Source: the human T2T-CHM13v2.0 reference genome, Homo sapiens. Taken from it: a stretch of DNA of 64,000 bases. A program made the position numbers and the translations under genes. Every line of letters begins with the position of its first letter. Within the stretch, counting starts at the first letter, position 1. Positions 43,285 through 58,756 of the stretch are shown here, piece after piece. The stretch lies in the NCBI RefSeq assembly GCF_009914755.1, contig NC_060928.1; one strand, 5' to 3'. The notes beneath the pieces were generated by a model, which was given only the letters and a program-made list of their open reading frames with translations, was not told the origin of the DNA and made no database searches.

Positions 43285-43868
43285 AGATTGATTGGAATAA
43301 TGGCCCCAATTTTTCATATCTCCTTGTATCTTTTCACACCTGTCTGAATTCCTGTTCTTTGGCAATGCCCTCCCACACTGACTATGGATATACCTATGTA
43401 ACTTACTTTGACCAATGGGACAGTAGCAAACTTGACACAAGCTGAGTCCTTAAAACGTGTGCGTTTGTTTCTACTTCCTCTCTTGCTTCTTTGCGATCAC
43501 CGTGAGAATCCAACTGTCCAGCCTGAGGGTAAGCCCAAACTAGCCTACTAGAGGGATGTAATGTACATATGGAGGAGAGCAGAGTTGATCCAGACATCTC
43601 AGCTGAGACCATCCCTATACTAGTTGACAGCCAGCTGGCCCCTCAAACATATCAGAGAACCCAGGCAATATTGCAGAGCTGCCTACCTAACCCACAGTGG
43701 ACCACAGACACATGGGCAAGCCCAGTTAAGATCAACCAAGCCCAGCCAAGATCAGCAGAATTACCCAGACATCCTATACTCATGAGCAAAAATAAATCCT
43801 AATTGTTGTATGCTGCTGAATTTATGGGACTGTTTGTTACACAGGATTACTGTGGCAATAACTAATAG
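43285..43868 (+). mobile_element. MLT1-type LTR inserted in an L2 remnant
   Basis: tttgaccaatgg...aataaatcctaattgttgt...tttgttacacag; flanked by L2-like pyrimidine-rich sequence (~42930-44560). Confidence 0.6.
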
Positions 43869-46463
43869 AGCCATCATTATCCCGCATCAGGACTACTGGA
43901 ATATCCTCCTAATGGGTCTCAGTACTTCCTTCTTATCTCCTTATAATCATTTTTCCATGCATCAGTAAATACATTCATTAAAAAACATAAATCAGTCTAT
44001 GTCATCAGCCCTGCTAAAATCCTCCAACGCCTACCCAATGCACTTAAACTAAAACCCATACTCCTTAACCTAGTATATGACCTACTTCTCTAACCGCATC
44101 TAGTACCACTCCCCAATGGCCCACTATGATTCAACCACACCAGCCTTCTTCCTATTCTTCAAACACTGCAAACTCATGGCTGGGGTCTTGGCACATAATG
44201 TTCTCTCTACCTGGAAGAGTGCTCCATTTTCTTTCTCCCTCCTCCCCACCCATTTCTCTCTTGCAGTTTTCTTCTTATAACTCAAATTTTAGTTTAAATT
44301 CACTTCCACAAAAAAAGACCTTCCTTTGACTACCCAGTCTAAAGTAGACAGCCAGTTATTCTCACTATGTTATCCTGTTTTAATTCTTTCCATGGTACTT
44401 ATCTCTGTGTGACACTTTTCTTGATTATGTGTTGTTTTTCTTGTGCACTCTCCCCACTGGTTGTAAGTTTCACAGGAAAGGAACCTGTTCTGTGCATTCA
44501 CCACTGGGTCCTCAGCTCCTAAAGCAGTTCCTTCACATATTATTCATTAAATACTCAGATTGAATTGGACATGATTGTATTTACTTAGGATTGAGGGAGG
44601 ACTCTAAGGAGTATGCAAGTGGAAGAATGTAAGAGAAATAACAGCCTTTATTATAAAAAGAAGAGGGGTGGGATGATATTGTAAATGACAAGATCAAAAC
44701 TTTATTGGGGTGACTGCAAAAGGGGAGGAGGAGTAATTAAAATGGTTTCAGAAAGCTCATAATAAGACTATGGGTTTTACAGAGAAGAAATAGTAGAAGC
44801 AAATATTGGATGAATGCTACCTGACATAGAATAAACAAATCAGATCCTAAGATCTGGTTTTTACAAAGACGAAGAAGCAAGGCAAGCTAAAATGGAAGAG
44901 AGAAAAGACCAACTGATTCTGAGAGAAAAATACTAAAGCAGAAAAAACATTTCACTAGATAACAGAACGCAGTTCACAGCCTGGACTCTGAAAACAGCCT
45001 AAAATGGAAGCTTTGCTCTGCTCCTTATTAGTTGTATAAACACCGACAATTACCTCTCTGAGCTTGCTTCCTGATTTATAAAATAGGGTAATAATTATGA
45101 CTTCACAGAGTTGTAAGAATTAAATAAGCAAATATACATGAAGTGCTTAGTATGGCACATGGATTATAGTAATTACTCAGCATTAGTGATGATGATGATA
45201 GTGGTAGTGGTGGTGGTGCTGCTGATCCTTAAGTCAATCCTGCTATTGTTGATTAAATTGGCAAAGGCCATAGTATCTCACTGAGTCTGTTGAGTCTGCT
45301 TAATTTTTTTTTTAATTTTCAAGCATTTCAAGTTGTCCCTTCTTACCAAGAAAGAAATGAGCACAGAACCAGAACCTAGAGCCAGAAGAGCTGGGTTCTG
45401 TCCCTGGTTCTGCAACTAACTAGCTGGGTGATCTTGGGTGAGTCACCAACTTCCCAGACCTGAAAGTTTCCTTGTCATCAGCTCTATCCCTGCCCAAGGC
45501 AGCAGGTCTAAGAAACATTCTGTGAAGAGGCAGAGGTACTGATGTAAGATAGAGACATAAAGGCAGAGATATAGGCAGACAATCACTCCATGTCATTCCA
45601 TTCCAGAGCACAAAAAGCAATATTAAATACCTTAACTGAAGGCTTCCCAAATCATGTTCCTCAGAACACTAGGAGCTGTGGGATGATAACATGTGCTTAT
45701 ATTAGACCATAATCTCATAAATGTAGGAACACTGGGTGACTTTATTCTACTCTAGGACCAGTGGCCAGCAGAGTACTCAAAACATACTACCATAGCACAC
45801 ATTTACTGCATGCTTGTTGAATGAATGAACAAATGAATGAATGGACAAGTATATTTGGGAAAAGCTGGGTTAAACAACATCAAATTGGTTCCTTGTATGC
45901 ATTTCTCAGGGGCTTTAATAGGTGAATCATATAGAATGCAGCGCTTCCCAACCTCATTTGATCATAGAACTTACTCTATTTCCCCTGAACCTCGTTAACA
46001 TCTCCCAGAGTTGTAGTCTATAAAACACAGATTGGGAAACATCTGAGGCTTACATAATGTAAGTCATTTTTACTATCATGAAATACGTAAGTTATCTTAC
46101 TTTTTATTCATAAGGCAGTAAAACGGCTAAGTAACTTGATTCATACCTAGTATGTAGCTGTCGTCTCCTGGCATCCTAGCAGCAGCTGTCCTGTCTCATT
46201 CCTCTGCCCTTCTCCCTGCTTCCACATAACTACTCTGTCCTGAAAATCCTTCCACCTCTTCTTCTATTATCTCTTCTCTCTAAAGCCCGTAGTCTTATTA
46301 TGAGCTTTCTTTAACTGTTTTAATTACTCCTTCTCACCTTTTACAATCACTCCAATAAAGTTTTCATCCTGTCATTTACAAGATCATCCTGCCCCTCTTC
46401 TTTTTGTTCTTTCTCTTGCATTCTTCCACCTGCATACTCCTTAGGGTCATTCCTCAATCCTAA

Positions 46464-46790
<327 letters not shown>

Positions 46791-47961
46791 TAATCATGTC
46801 CAATTTAATCTGAGTTCCCTTTTCCTTTCCTACCACTTGTTTTCCAGGACTCAAGCAAGCAAATGTACCAGGTCTTTTCATATCCCCATGTATCTGCTCG
46901 AGTTGTTCTCTCTGGAAGGCTCCTCCCTCTTTATCCACCTATTGAAATCCTATTCATTTTTCAAGGTCCTGATCATACGTAATCTCTTTTATGAAGTCTC
47001 CCTTATTTTCCACTCCTGCCATAATTAACGACTCCCATTAACCCCAAGACAACTGCACAACTAACGCAAACATAAAAAGTTGGTTGTATCTATGAATGCA
47101 GAGATAGCAGAGCTGGGAGAGATGACCATGAACCAGGTGAGTCAATCAGGGAGAATGACAAAGAGGTTGGTGGCAAAAGGAGAGACCAGGAGGGTACCTG
47201 CATGAATGGCTTGAACCCTAAAGGACAAAGGGGTTTTGCAGGAAGGCAGAAAAGTGATGCCCTAGAAGTGGCAAAGGGAAGCTAGGAGTAGGCTACAGCA
47301 GAGAGAGCTACAGGGAAGGCAATGCTGTTACTCTGTGAGGAGGCTGTGGTGTGGGAGAGTTGATTCACAGTGGAACAATGCTCTCAAAGGGCCACTGGAA
47401 AGATTTGGGAAGGCAGCCAGCAGAAGAATGGAAGTTCAAAATCATAGGAGGCTTGAGAGTACATAGAAAGACAGTTGATTAGAAAGGCTGGTGGCCAAAA
47501 AAACTGGGGATAAGAGGCAAGGCCTCCGCCTACACTGGCTGAGATCCCAGATGGTGTCAGAGACCAAATGAGGTTAGCATTCAATAGTCTTTGATCAGCA
47601 TCCAAAGAGTAGGTTGACGAGTAATTTTTCCGATGTCTATGAAGAACAGATTTCTCTAATGTTCCACTCATGGCAAAATCCTTTTCCCACCCAGATCCAT
47701 TTGTGGGCTATGCCATAGGGCAGGATGGAGGGGCGGGGGCTGTTGGTGAGGAGGTGTTGGGTGTGGCACCTCCTTTCACTAGGGCAGGGCTTACTGACCT
47801 AAAAGGGACACAGCAAGCTGAACATGGTGCAGAGTCTACAGGGATGAGAGGCCTGCAAGGCACCAAGTAGGCACGAAGGCCAAAAAAGTAGTGGATGACC
47901 AAGGGCAGACAGACAATAGCATAGGGAATCCAAGACAAAAATACTCATCTTCTGAAAACCC

Positions 47962-48455
47962 GGTATAAGCAGGGTTCTTTCAAATGCACATAATTAGATT
48001 TAAGCAAACAACAACAAAAGGAACACATTGGCTCACATAATCGAGAAGTCCTGGCACAGCTGACTCCTGCACTTCAAACAATGCTGAGTGTGCTCTCACC
48101 ACCGTGCAGTGCTGCTTCTCACTGCACGGTCCCATTCTCTTGTATTGCGGCTTCCTCCATGGAGCAGGGAAAAATGACCACCAGTAGCTCCAGGTTACAT
48201 CGCTCCAGGTTAAATCCCAGAGGAAGAGCTCCCCCTTTCCTAAATGCCAGCAGAAGAGTCCCATTGAGCCAGACTGGATCACATGCTAACCCCTGAGCCA
48301 ATCCCTTGGTCAAGTGGAGGGACTGCTCGGATTGGCCAAGGCTGAATCACATGATCATCCCTGGGTAGTGTCAACTCCACCCAAACCACATGAATTGGAC
48401 AGAGTAGCTGCCCAAAGGAAGAAAGTCTGGGCAGACAAATAATCAGTCCACTACA
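47962..48455 (-). mobile_element. MLT1 (K/L-like) LTR
   Basis: attggctcacataa...gagaagtcc...gattggccaaggctgaatcacatg...gtccactaca. Confidence 0.55.
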
Positions 48456-49216
48456 GCACAGTCACTTGTCAGGAAGGCCCCAGATAACCAAAAGGGCACT
48501 TGAGAGAGCTTTGAAGTCAGACAGAACTGGTTTTAAAGGTCAGCTTTGACATTTACTAGCTGTATGACCTCAGGTAAGTAATGTAACTTCTCAGTAACTC
48601 AGGTTCCTCATTGTAAAATAGTACCTACCTCCTATAGATATTGTGGGAGGATTAAATGAAATAATTTACATAAATTGCTAAGCACAATGCTTGACACAAA
48701 GTAAGTGATCAATCAATGGCAGCTATTATTATCAAAATAACAATAATGACAATTAGTATTATCAGAACAAAGGTACCATATGAAGGGTGATCTGTGACTC
48801 CATGAAAGAGAGGGCAAGGTCAGCATTTGGATAAATCAGCCCTGGGTCATGTATCATTAAGGACAACTGAGGACACAATGCAGAGGCCCAAATACAGAGT
48901 CAAAGCTAAGATAACAATTCAAATCAATAAACATGCTGAGCACCTATTGTGCACTAAGCACTGGAAATACAATTATGAATAACACACATATGACTCCAAG
49001 GTAAACTACCATGAAGAATGACTATGGCTCTGTGACAGTATTTCTGGGGGAGGAGAGGTTGACTGAGGCTGCTTCTACACTTTCAGCCACAGGCAGGGCA
49101 CTGGAGTAGTGCTGAGCATACAACAGAACAATGCCATGGGACCAACTACCAGAATGCGAGGAAGAGACAGAAGGGCTACAATCCACCGCCCACCCTGCTA
49201 AAAATAATGCCTCTGT

Positions 49217-49532
49217 GGCCGGGCACGGTGGCTCACATCTGTTATCCCAGCACTTTGGGAGGCTGAGGCAGTTGGATCGCTTGAGCCTAGGAGTTCGAGA
49301 CCAGTTTGGGCAACATGACAAAACCCTGTCTCTACAAAAAATTAAAAAAAAAAAAAAATTAGCCAGGAGTGATGGTGCCTGCCTGTAGTCCCAGCCACTA
49401 GAGAGGCTGAGGAGGGAGGATCGCTTGACCCTGGAAGGTCGAGAGGCTGCAGTGAGCTGATATTGTGCCACTGCACTCCAGCCTGGGCAACAGAGCGAGA
49501 CCTTGTCTCAAAAAAAAAAAAAAAAAAAAAAA
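49217..49532 (+). mobile_element. Alu (AluJ-like)
   Basis: Dimeric Alu with long A tail. Confidence 0.92.
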
Positions 49533-49807
49533 GTCTTTTTGCATAAATTAGGAAAAAGTGTCTCTTCTTTTAAAAACTTTACTTCTATCTTCCTAAAACC
49601 TGTTGCAGTAAATAAGCAAATCCACTGGGTCTACAATATAAATGACATCTCAGAATTTTGTAGTGTATAACCTGCACATTATATATAGCAGTTCTGGGCA
49701 TAGGCAGGGAAAATAAGATGGATGCTGAGAGGAGTCAGGAGTCAGGGATGGGGATAGAGTGTCTAGGAGTCCCCGGTCCTTAGGAGACAAAGAATACCTT
49801 TTGCTAT

Positions 49808-50230
49808 AGAGCTGCGCTGTTCAATATGACAGCCACTTGCCACCAATAGCTAATGAGCACTTGAAATGAAGCCAGTGCGAATGGCGAACCACATTTTTTA
49901 TTTTAATAAATATGAATTTAAAATGTAAAACTTAAGCAGTAAATAATTTTTTTTCCATTAATCACAACTTTGTTGTTTGGTAGAACTACATTTCACTCTA
50001 TCTGCTGCATTACAAAAGATGTCCTGTACTGTATTTCTCCTGAGTTATTTCTAGTATCTCAATAATTTTATATGATTACATGAAATTATAATATTTTTAT
50101 ATATGGCTTACATGAAATATATTATTAAAATTAATTTCACCTGTTGCACTTTCCTTTTTTAAGGTGACTACTAGAAAATTTTAAATTACATATGTGGCTT
50201 ACAGAATATTTCTGTTCAACAGTGCTGCTT
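49808..50230. mobile_element. MER33/Charlie-type hAT element
   Basis: gcgctgttcaatatgacagccact...tttaaattacatatgtggct...caacagtgctg termini. Confidence 0.7.
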
Positions 50231-50979
50231 TGAAGACATCTTAAGGTCTATATAGTTAAGGGGCTTGGGGTGATATCCAGAGAAACTAACTGCTTGGTTT
50301 TGTTTGAAGTAGACCTTCACATTTCTTTCTAGGTTGTCCAGCTCTGTTTACAAGGAGGGAAAATATGACAGAGAGGAGAGGAGCATACCTCAGTGAGTAG
50401 AGCTCAGCAGACTTCTGGACTCCAGCTCCACCACTTACCACTTACCAAGTGTTACAGAACCTCCCTGAACTTCAATCTCTTCATCTGTAAAACGCTGAAA
50501 GTAATCTTACCCACCTCAAAGGGCTGCCTGGAGGATTAAACCTGATACTCTAGGTAAAGAGCTTAGCATGGAGCCTGGCACATCATATATGCCCAATAGA
50601 TATTTGGGATGTTTATTACTTGGGAATAAAGAAGGTACAAATGAATGATTTCCTTTGTGTTATTTAGGTCAGTTTGCCACAGTACAAGAGGGTGCACCCT
50701 GTCCACATGCCTCCTCATTTACCTTTCTAGACTGAAAATTTGGATGGAAGTATTTTCCTCAATCTTCTATACCATTGATAAATATATTTGCTTTCTTTAA
50801 ATCCATTAGGTCTTTAAGACACATTAATGAGCAGTGAAAAAATTATCTTAGATGCTGAAGCAACATGAAAATGGGTAAAACTGGCATTTAATGAATTATT
50901 TGTGCCAACAGCTAACACTAGAAATTTTTGTTCCAAGTCATATAGTGAATGTTTTCAGTTAAGACTTTATAATATCTGA

Positions 50980-51359
<380 letters not shown>

Positions 51360-52194
51360 TAAATGCATTCTTTATTTCTCTGCCATTTTGCATAGACTTG
51401 AGATCAACTGTTTAGCTTTTTCATGTCCCAAAGGGTTCATGTAGACTGTATACTCCCTCTTGTATGTAATTTATTTTAAAAATAATAACTAGAGTAGTTC
51501 AACCATATCTGTATTCTGATACACATTCTGAGAAATGTCCAGCTGTGCCTAACCTTTGTTCATCGTGTAGCCCTCTCCTGAGTCCTGATTTTCAAAAATA
51601 TTTTTCCCAACTTATTGCTGACTGAATTTACTTACCAGACTTTGTGTGGGGTCTTTTCAAAATCACTTGGAAAATCTGTTTATCCCTGTCTTCCCTGATT
51701 ATTTATTTAATTCTCTTTAAGAACTGTAGCGAATTTGTCTGACATGGTTACCCTCTTTCAAAGGGAAAGACTCTCCTCCGAAATGTTATATTTGCTTAAA
51801 ACAGTATAAATCCACTTTCCCTACTTCCCTACACATACACTCATGTAGAATTTATTTTAGATTTCATTCATTCCACAAAGTCCAAGGAAAATTCCACAGA
51901 CACTACATTAAATTTACCGTGAGTCTAAGCAAGCCATTATCTTCTATGAGGCTCTCTTTTCTCATCTATAAAATGGGCATAATATACTTGCCCTTTGCCA
52001 AATAGAACAAGCCATCTCCTTGTTCATGACTGTGTATAAAACACTCTCAGAGAAGCTCAAAGTCCTTTACAAGCATTAGGCCATGAATCTTTCTCAAGTG
52101 AACTGTTAATTATGTGTCATTATAGTTTGTTGAATAGATGCAAAACCTGAAGCACAGGAAAATAATTCCAGTTAATAGTTAACTTAGAAATCCA

Positions 52195-52298
52195 TGCAAG
52201 GTAATGAAACAATATGTATAAAAACCCCTGTGACTCATGTTTGCCTACGTAACAAACCTTCACATGTACCCCCAAACCTAAAATAAAAGAAAAAAGAA
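52195..52298 (+). mobile_element. L1PA/PB extreme 3' fragment
   Basis: gtaacaaaccttcacatgtacccccaaacctaaaataaaag. Confidence 0.75.
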
Positions 52299-52351
52299 AT
52301 CCACCCAAGGCTTTAAACATTAGACCATGATATCTAGAAAGATGACAAAGG

Positions 52352-52650
52352 GGCTGGGCGCAGTGGCTCATGCCTGTAATCCCAGCACTTTGGGAGGCTG
52401 AAGCTGGCAGATCACTTGAGGTCAGGAGTTTGAGACCAGCCTGGCCAACGTGGCAAAAGCTCACCTCTACTAAAAATACAAAAAATAGCCGGGCGTGGTG
52501 GCACATGCCTATAGTCCCAGTTATTCAGGAGGCTGAGGCATGAGAATCTCCTAAACCCAGGAGGTGAAGATTGCAGTGAGTCGAGATCATGCCACTGTAC
52601 TCCAGCCAGGGTGACAAAGTGAGACTTTGTCTCAAAAAAAAAAAAAAAAA
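52352..52650 (+). mobile_element. AluS
   Basis: TSD agaaagatgacaaa/agaaagatgtcaaa. Confidence 0.92.
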
Positions 52651-53220
52651 GAAAGATGTCAAAAGAAAAATCTGAACAGGAGCTCACTCTGCTGTAGTTC
52701 TTTATCAAGAAACTACATTAATGCAAAATTCTCTAACATTGCTGGTTGCCTTGCACACCTTACTGGGCCATGATTACTCAAGCAGTAGAGAAATGGCACA
52801 ATGGATAGGAAGGCTGGAGTTTCCTGAGGACATAAGATGCCTTCCCGGGTCACACAAAGTTTCATAAACTCTAGACCAGGTACTGAGGTCAAATGTCATT
52901 GCACAGTTACATAACAACTCTTCCATGTTTTGTTACTGATCCTTGGAAAGTTTTCCTATAGACATCCAATAAGATGAAATGAGGCTCTACACATTACCAA
53001 CAAGAACACAGTCTCTGCAAATGACCTGTCAGGTTCTTCTAGTTTTATCTGACCTATAACTGCGTACATAACATGGCCTCAAGCATTCTGGCTCTTCTTG
53101 TCCTCACATAACAGAGACACTGTAATTCTAAAAGGTCAAAAAAGAGAAAAAATGGAAACTTCACATTGCTAGTGAGTTATTTTATGACCTTCTAAAACTG
53201 ATGAATAAAAGCTAGAAATC

Positions 53221-53549
53221 AGTCAGGTGTGGTGGCTCACACCTGTAATCCTAGAACTTTGGGAGGCCGAGGTGGGAGAATCACTTGAGGCCAGGAGTTC
53301 AAGACCAACCTGGCCAACATAGCAAGGCCTCATCGCTGCTTAATTTTCGTTTCAATGAGCTGGATGCAGTCATATGCATCTGCAATCCTAGCTACTCAGG
53401 AGGCTGAAGCCAGAGGCTGAAGCTCAAACCTTCTATTTAAGCCCAGGAGTTCGAGGCTGCAGTAATCTATGGTGATGGCACCACTGTGCTCCAGCCTAAG
53501 CAACAGAGCAAGACTCTGTCTCTAAAACAAAAAAAAAGAAAAAAAAAAA
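53221..53549 (+). mobile_element. AluJ-like, rearranged right arm
   Basis: Degenerate Alu with duplicated gaggctgaagc. Confidence 0.85.
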
Positions 53550-55081
53550 TCTAAGTGTCCAACAACTGGGGAGTGGCTCAAAATACCACCGTATGCTAAC
53601 ATGACAGAATTACCCAAAGAAAATTATGCATGGACTAATTACAACGTCATAAAGTAACTACCTGTGTATAAATAAAGATTGTAGAATTTGGAGTTACATA
53701 AACAGTTGTAACATAATGCTCCTTAATTATTTTCTAGAACATTGCTAAAGATTTATTAAAAGTCAGCTGGTAATAGAGATGACTGGAAGGGGATTCACAA
53801 AGATTCTCTCTGGAATGGTTTTAGGGTTATTTTTAATTTCTTCTTTGTAAGCTTCAGTATTGTTTACATCTTCTAACAAGGAATATATAAAACTCTACAA
53901 AATGACAATTTTTTTTTACTGATGGCAAGGAGAGTCCAAGGAGCACACCAGGTGTCTGAGAACCTCGGTGGCACCCAAAGATCAAACTTTTGCCTGGGGG
54001 AAGCAAGATGGTGTGTCAACAGCTCTGAGCCTAAAAAATGTCTTCTGGCTAGGACTCCAGAACTTATGAACAAGAATTATTTCATGCAATGCTTCTATAA
54101 CTGGTTTAAGTATGTGTCAAAGACACTCACAATCCTTAAAAAAATTCAAAAGCATGTATACCTAAATTTACATGTCTGACAGCATTCAAACCCAGTTAAA
54201 TTGTATTTCTGTTTCCCTGCATGGTTGAAGGATCAAGCATTTTTATCACCCAAGCAGGAAAATGAAGAAATCAACTGCCTTCTACAAATCAAAAATAACC
54301 CTAATAGTAAAAACTAACTTTGTTGCATGCTTAAATCATATTGGCAGAAAAATGAAACTTTAAATCACTCTTGTAAGAAAAAAAGCCAGTTTCATTTTTG
54401 GGGCAGTCATGTGGAAATCCCACAAGTCGTGGTTGAAACATAATATTGAGGAGTATGTGAGGACATTAAGAGTTTCTAAGGAAATAGTAACAAAAGATAT
54501 CATTGGAATTCCATGAAGGATAAGAGAAGAAAAATCAAAGGTTTTTCCTACTAAATCACATTATAATGTCACCAAAATTAAAAATAAAAGGAGTAGGATA
54601 CTTGACAGGGAGTTTCACCTTGTAAGTATCTCATATAGTACATGACAAGTTAAAGTCTGTCGCTTTGATACTCTATTGTAAGCATTTCAAGGTTAAAAGC
54701 TTTAACCTTGAAAAACAAATGACATATAGTTACAAAAGGCAAAAGTATATATTGTAGAAATCCAAACAAAAGTGTTCCTCCTTTAGAAACATAAAACTGA
54801 TGAGATAACATAATGAATACTTACTTCCCTCCCTCCTCCAAAAGCCATTCTTTGTAGCCATAAAAACTAAGATAATCATAACACTATGCTAAGAAAAAAT
54901 ATACAGATGGAAAATAATGATAATAATGTATGTTGTCCTTTCAACAATGTTTTCAGTGAAGAATATTTCTAAATAATACAAGAAACAATACACTTGAGAA
55001 AACTTAAATTGAATGCTCTATATTTCAATCCATATATAGACAAGTGATGTGAAAGTCTAATCAAGAATTTAGAGAATTTAG

Positions 55082-55594
<513 letters not shown>

Positions 55595-56368
55595 TGACTT
55601 CAAAGACTTCGTTTAGAAAAGGGAAGGATGCTTGTGGAAGCACAGTGGGAGGAATGAGCTCTGCAGTATCCCTACTAGCCAAGCTTTTGTTCACAATGGT
55701 GCCTAGTGGTACCTGCTGAAAAAGCCTTTTTAACCATCTGTCATCCTCCAAAGATAAAGTAATTGTTGCACCCACTCCATTGTCACAATCGCCAGCACTC
55801 CTGTTTTCTGTATTGCCAATGCATAGCTGCCATCATGGGAAGATCGAGCTTTGCTTTTTCTGCACAGATAAGATGGCTTAGGAACAATTATCCTCCTACT
55901 TTTGTGGAAACTGACTCTTGTCATCATGTGTGTAACCATAAAGAATGTTGATGTTACAAAGCAACTGGGAGAGCATGCTGGAAGTTCACAGCCCATTAAG
56001 GGAGCCTGAGGAATGACTCAACTGATGAAATGACGTTGGGAAAGTCGTGATCATCCACAAACGGCAGGGTACATCAGCCCAGCCAGAAACAGGAACTTGG
56101 TGCACATTCCAAGGAGGGCACAAGTGGAAAGGGAAGTAAGGGTGCTGCTGCTGGTAAGGCAGTTGTGTGATAAACTGGCCTCCAGAAGGAAATAATGATA
56201 ACTTCCATTGAGGCCACATGGCCATCAATGACACCAATCCCATCTTTCAGATTAAAATAATATTGGACTTAATAGAAGCTGCACTTCACTGAAAGGTAAA
56301 ACATTCAGAGGTCAAGATGGCAGAAAGAGTCATCCTACACAAAGTGAATTCAAGAAACAGGAACAATA

Positions 56369-56662
56369 GGCCAGGCGGTGGCTCACACCTGTAATCTCAG
56401 CACTTTGGGAGGCCAAGGCAGGCAGATCACCTGAGGCCAGGAGTTCGAGGCCAGCCTGGCCAACATGGTGAAACCCTGTCTCTACTAAAAATACAAAAAT
56501 TAGCTGGGTGTGGTGGCGTGCACCTGTAATCCCAGCTACTCGGGAGGCTGACGCAGGAGAATCACTTGAACCCAGGAGCTGAGATCATGCCACTGCACTC
56601 CAGTCTGGGTGACAGAGCGAGACTGTCTCCACCCCCGCCAAAAAAAAGAAAAGAAAGAAAGA
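56369..56662 (+). mobile_element. AluS (right-arm deletion)
   Basis: TSD aagaaacaggaacaa on both sides. Confidence 0.92.
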
Positions 56663-57576
56663 AAGAAACAGGAACAAGGGCTCTATGCCAGTAATCTACG
56701 TACCACCCAACCTAAGATATAGGTTTTGCCCCCTATGACAACTATGATCAATTGGTAGTGTACACTTAGAGTTGTATATGAAGGCATCTGAGGTCCAAAC
56801 TCGGCTCAGCGGCCCAGCCTGATCCGAAAATGTTTCCTGTGGGTAGAGGAAGGGGAAAACAGCAACACACTGCTATGACTGAATGGTGCCAGTCTCTGGA
56901 TAGAGATTGGTAAAGAAATTATACTCTAGCCACTATTAGCAGACTGGACAAAAACCTCTACTTTCTCTCCCTTCTGAAAGCCTAAGACAATGACAATAAA
57001 GAAATTTTTTTATTTCATGTATAAATCAGCAAGGATGGAGAGAATGAGTGAAGAGACAATAGCAAAAACATTTTGGTGGAATAAGCAGAAGCCAAGAAAT
57101 AATCTGATTTACACCATGGAATCTCCAAAAGGTTAAATAATTAAAGGCAATTGAACCCTCTATAAAAAGAGGGGTGGGCTAAAAAATTAGTGACTTTTTA
57201 AAGTCTTTTTAAAAAGCTGGATCCCACAGATCCCTCTGGCCACTCCAACCAGTTAGGTGAATGCCCCTTCTCTACCCCAGCAAAAAACCTGGAGTTTCCT
57301 CCCTACTCCTTCACCCTTCAGGGGGTCTGTACACAAACAGCATGGAGGGGTTATATGCACATCTACATACTGGATGCTGAGACTTCCAGTCTTCTTTTCC
57401 ACTTACTGACAACCAGGCTCTCTGTCAATCTCTGGGGAAAAGAATGGAAAAGGCTTCTCTGAGGACTCTCACCAGCCCAAGAGGTAACGACCACAGAGGT
57501 TCCCCAAATAAAAAGCCCAGCCAGATTCCCCCTACCATGAATTCCCCAGTCGACAAGCTCATCCACATCTTCAGCA

Positions 57577-57872
<296 letters not shown>

Positions 57873-58310
57873 AACCCCAGACCTTCTGCTTTTTAATCCC
57901 CCTCTGAAGTGTGAGTAGATAACCAAGGGCATAAGTTACACAAGGAAAACTTCTAACATGAAAGAGAAGAAACCTAAACAAATGAAAAGACAAAAGCCGC
58001 TTGGGAAATTCAATCTGTGCAGGAAGGAAAAAAAGTTGCTCCAAAAAATCATTAAGCTTCTTAGGGAGAAAGGAAAAGACACTGACACTATAAAACAAAA
58101 ACCAGAAAGAAATAGACACACAAACCACACACATACAAATATATATGTATATATTCAGGCAACCAAAAAAATAGAGATTTTGATTTTAAATATTCATGAT
58201 TACAGTCATGAAAAACTTATTTTTGGCCCAGTCAAAAATAGCCAATATCTGAACAATATGAGCTTCTCACAGACACAGAAAATAGAGGGGGAAAAATTAC
58301 CAATGAGATA

Positions 58311-58463
58311 GATATATATATATATGTGTGTGTATATGTATATATATACACACACATATATATACACACACGCATATATACGTATATATATACATATATA
58401 CATATATATACACACATATATACGTGTGTGTATATATGTGTGTGTATATATATATATATATAT
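58311..58463. repeat. Compound (TA)/(TG)/(CA) microsatellite
   Basis: ~150 bp alternating purine-pyrimidine tract. Confidence 0.95.
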
Positions 58464-58756
58464 ATTTTTTTTTTGAGACAAAGTCTCAATCTGTTTCCCA
58501 GGTTGGAGTACAGTGACTCAATCTCAGCACACTGCAACCTCCGCTTCCTGGGTTCAAGCAATTCTCCTGCCTCAGCCTCCTGACTAGCTGGGATTACAGG
58601 GGTGAGCCACCACGCCCAGCTAATTTTTGTATTTTTAGCAGAGATGGGGTTTCACCATGTTGTCCAGACTGGTCTCGAACTCCTGACCTCAGGTGATCTG
58701 CCTGCCTTGGCCTCCCAAAGTGCTGGGATTATAGGCATGAGCCACTGCGCCCGGCC
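58464..58756 (-). mobile_element. AluS
   Basis: Reverse dimeric Alu. Confidence 0.92.

Noticed and set aside
58206-58583. Tyr/Ile/His-rich ORFs
   Set aside because: Artefacts of the dinucleotide microsatellite.
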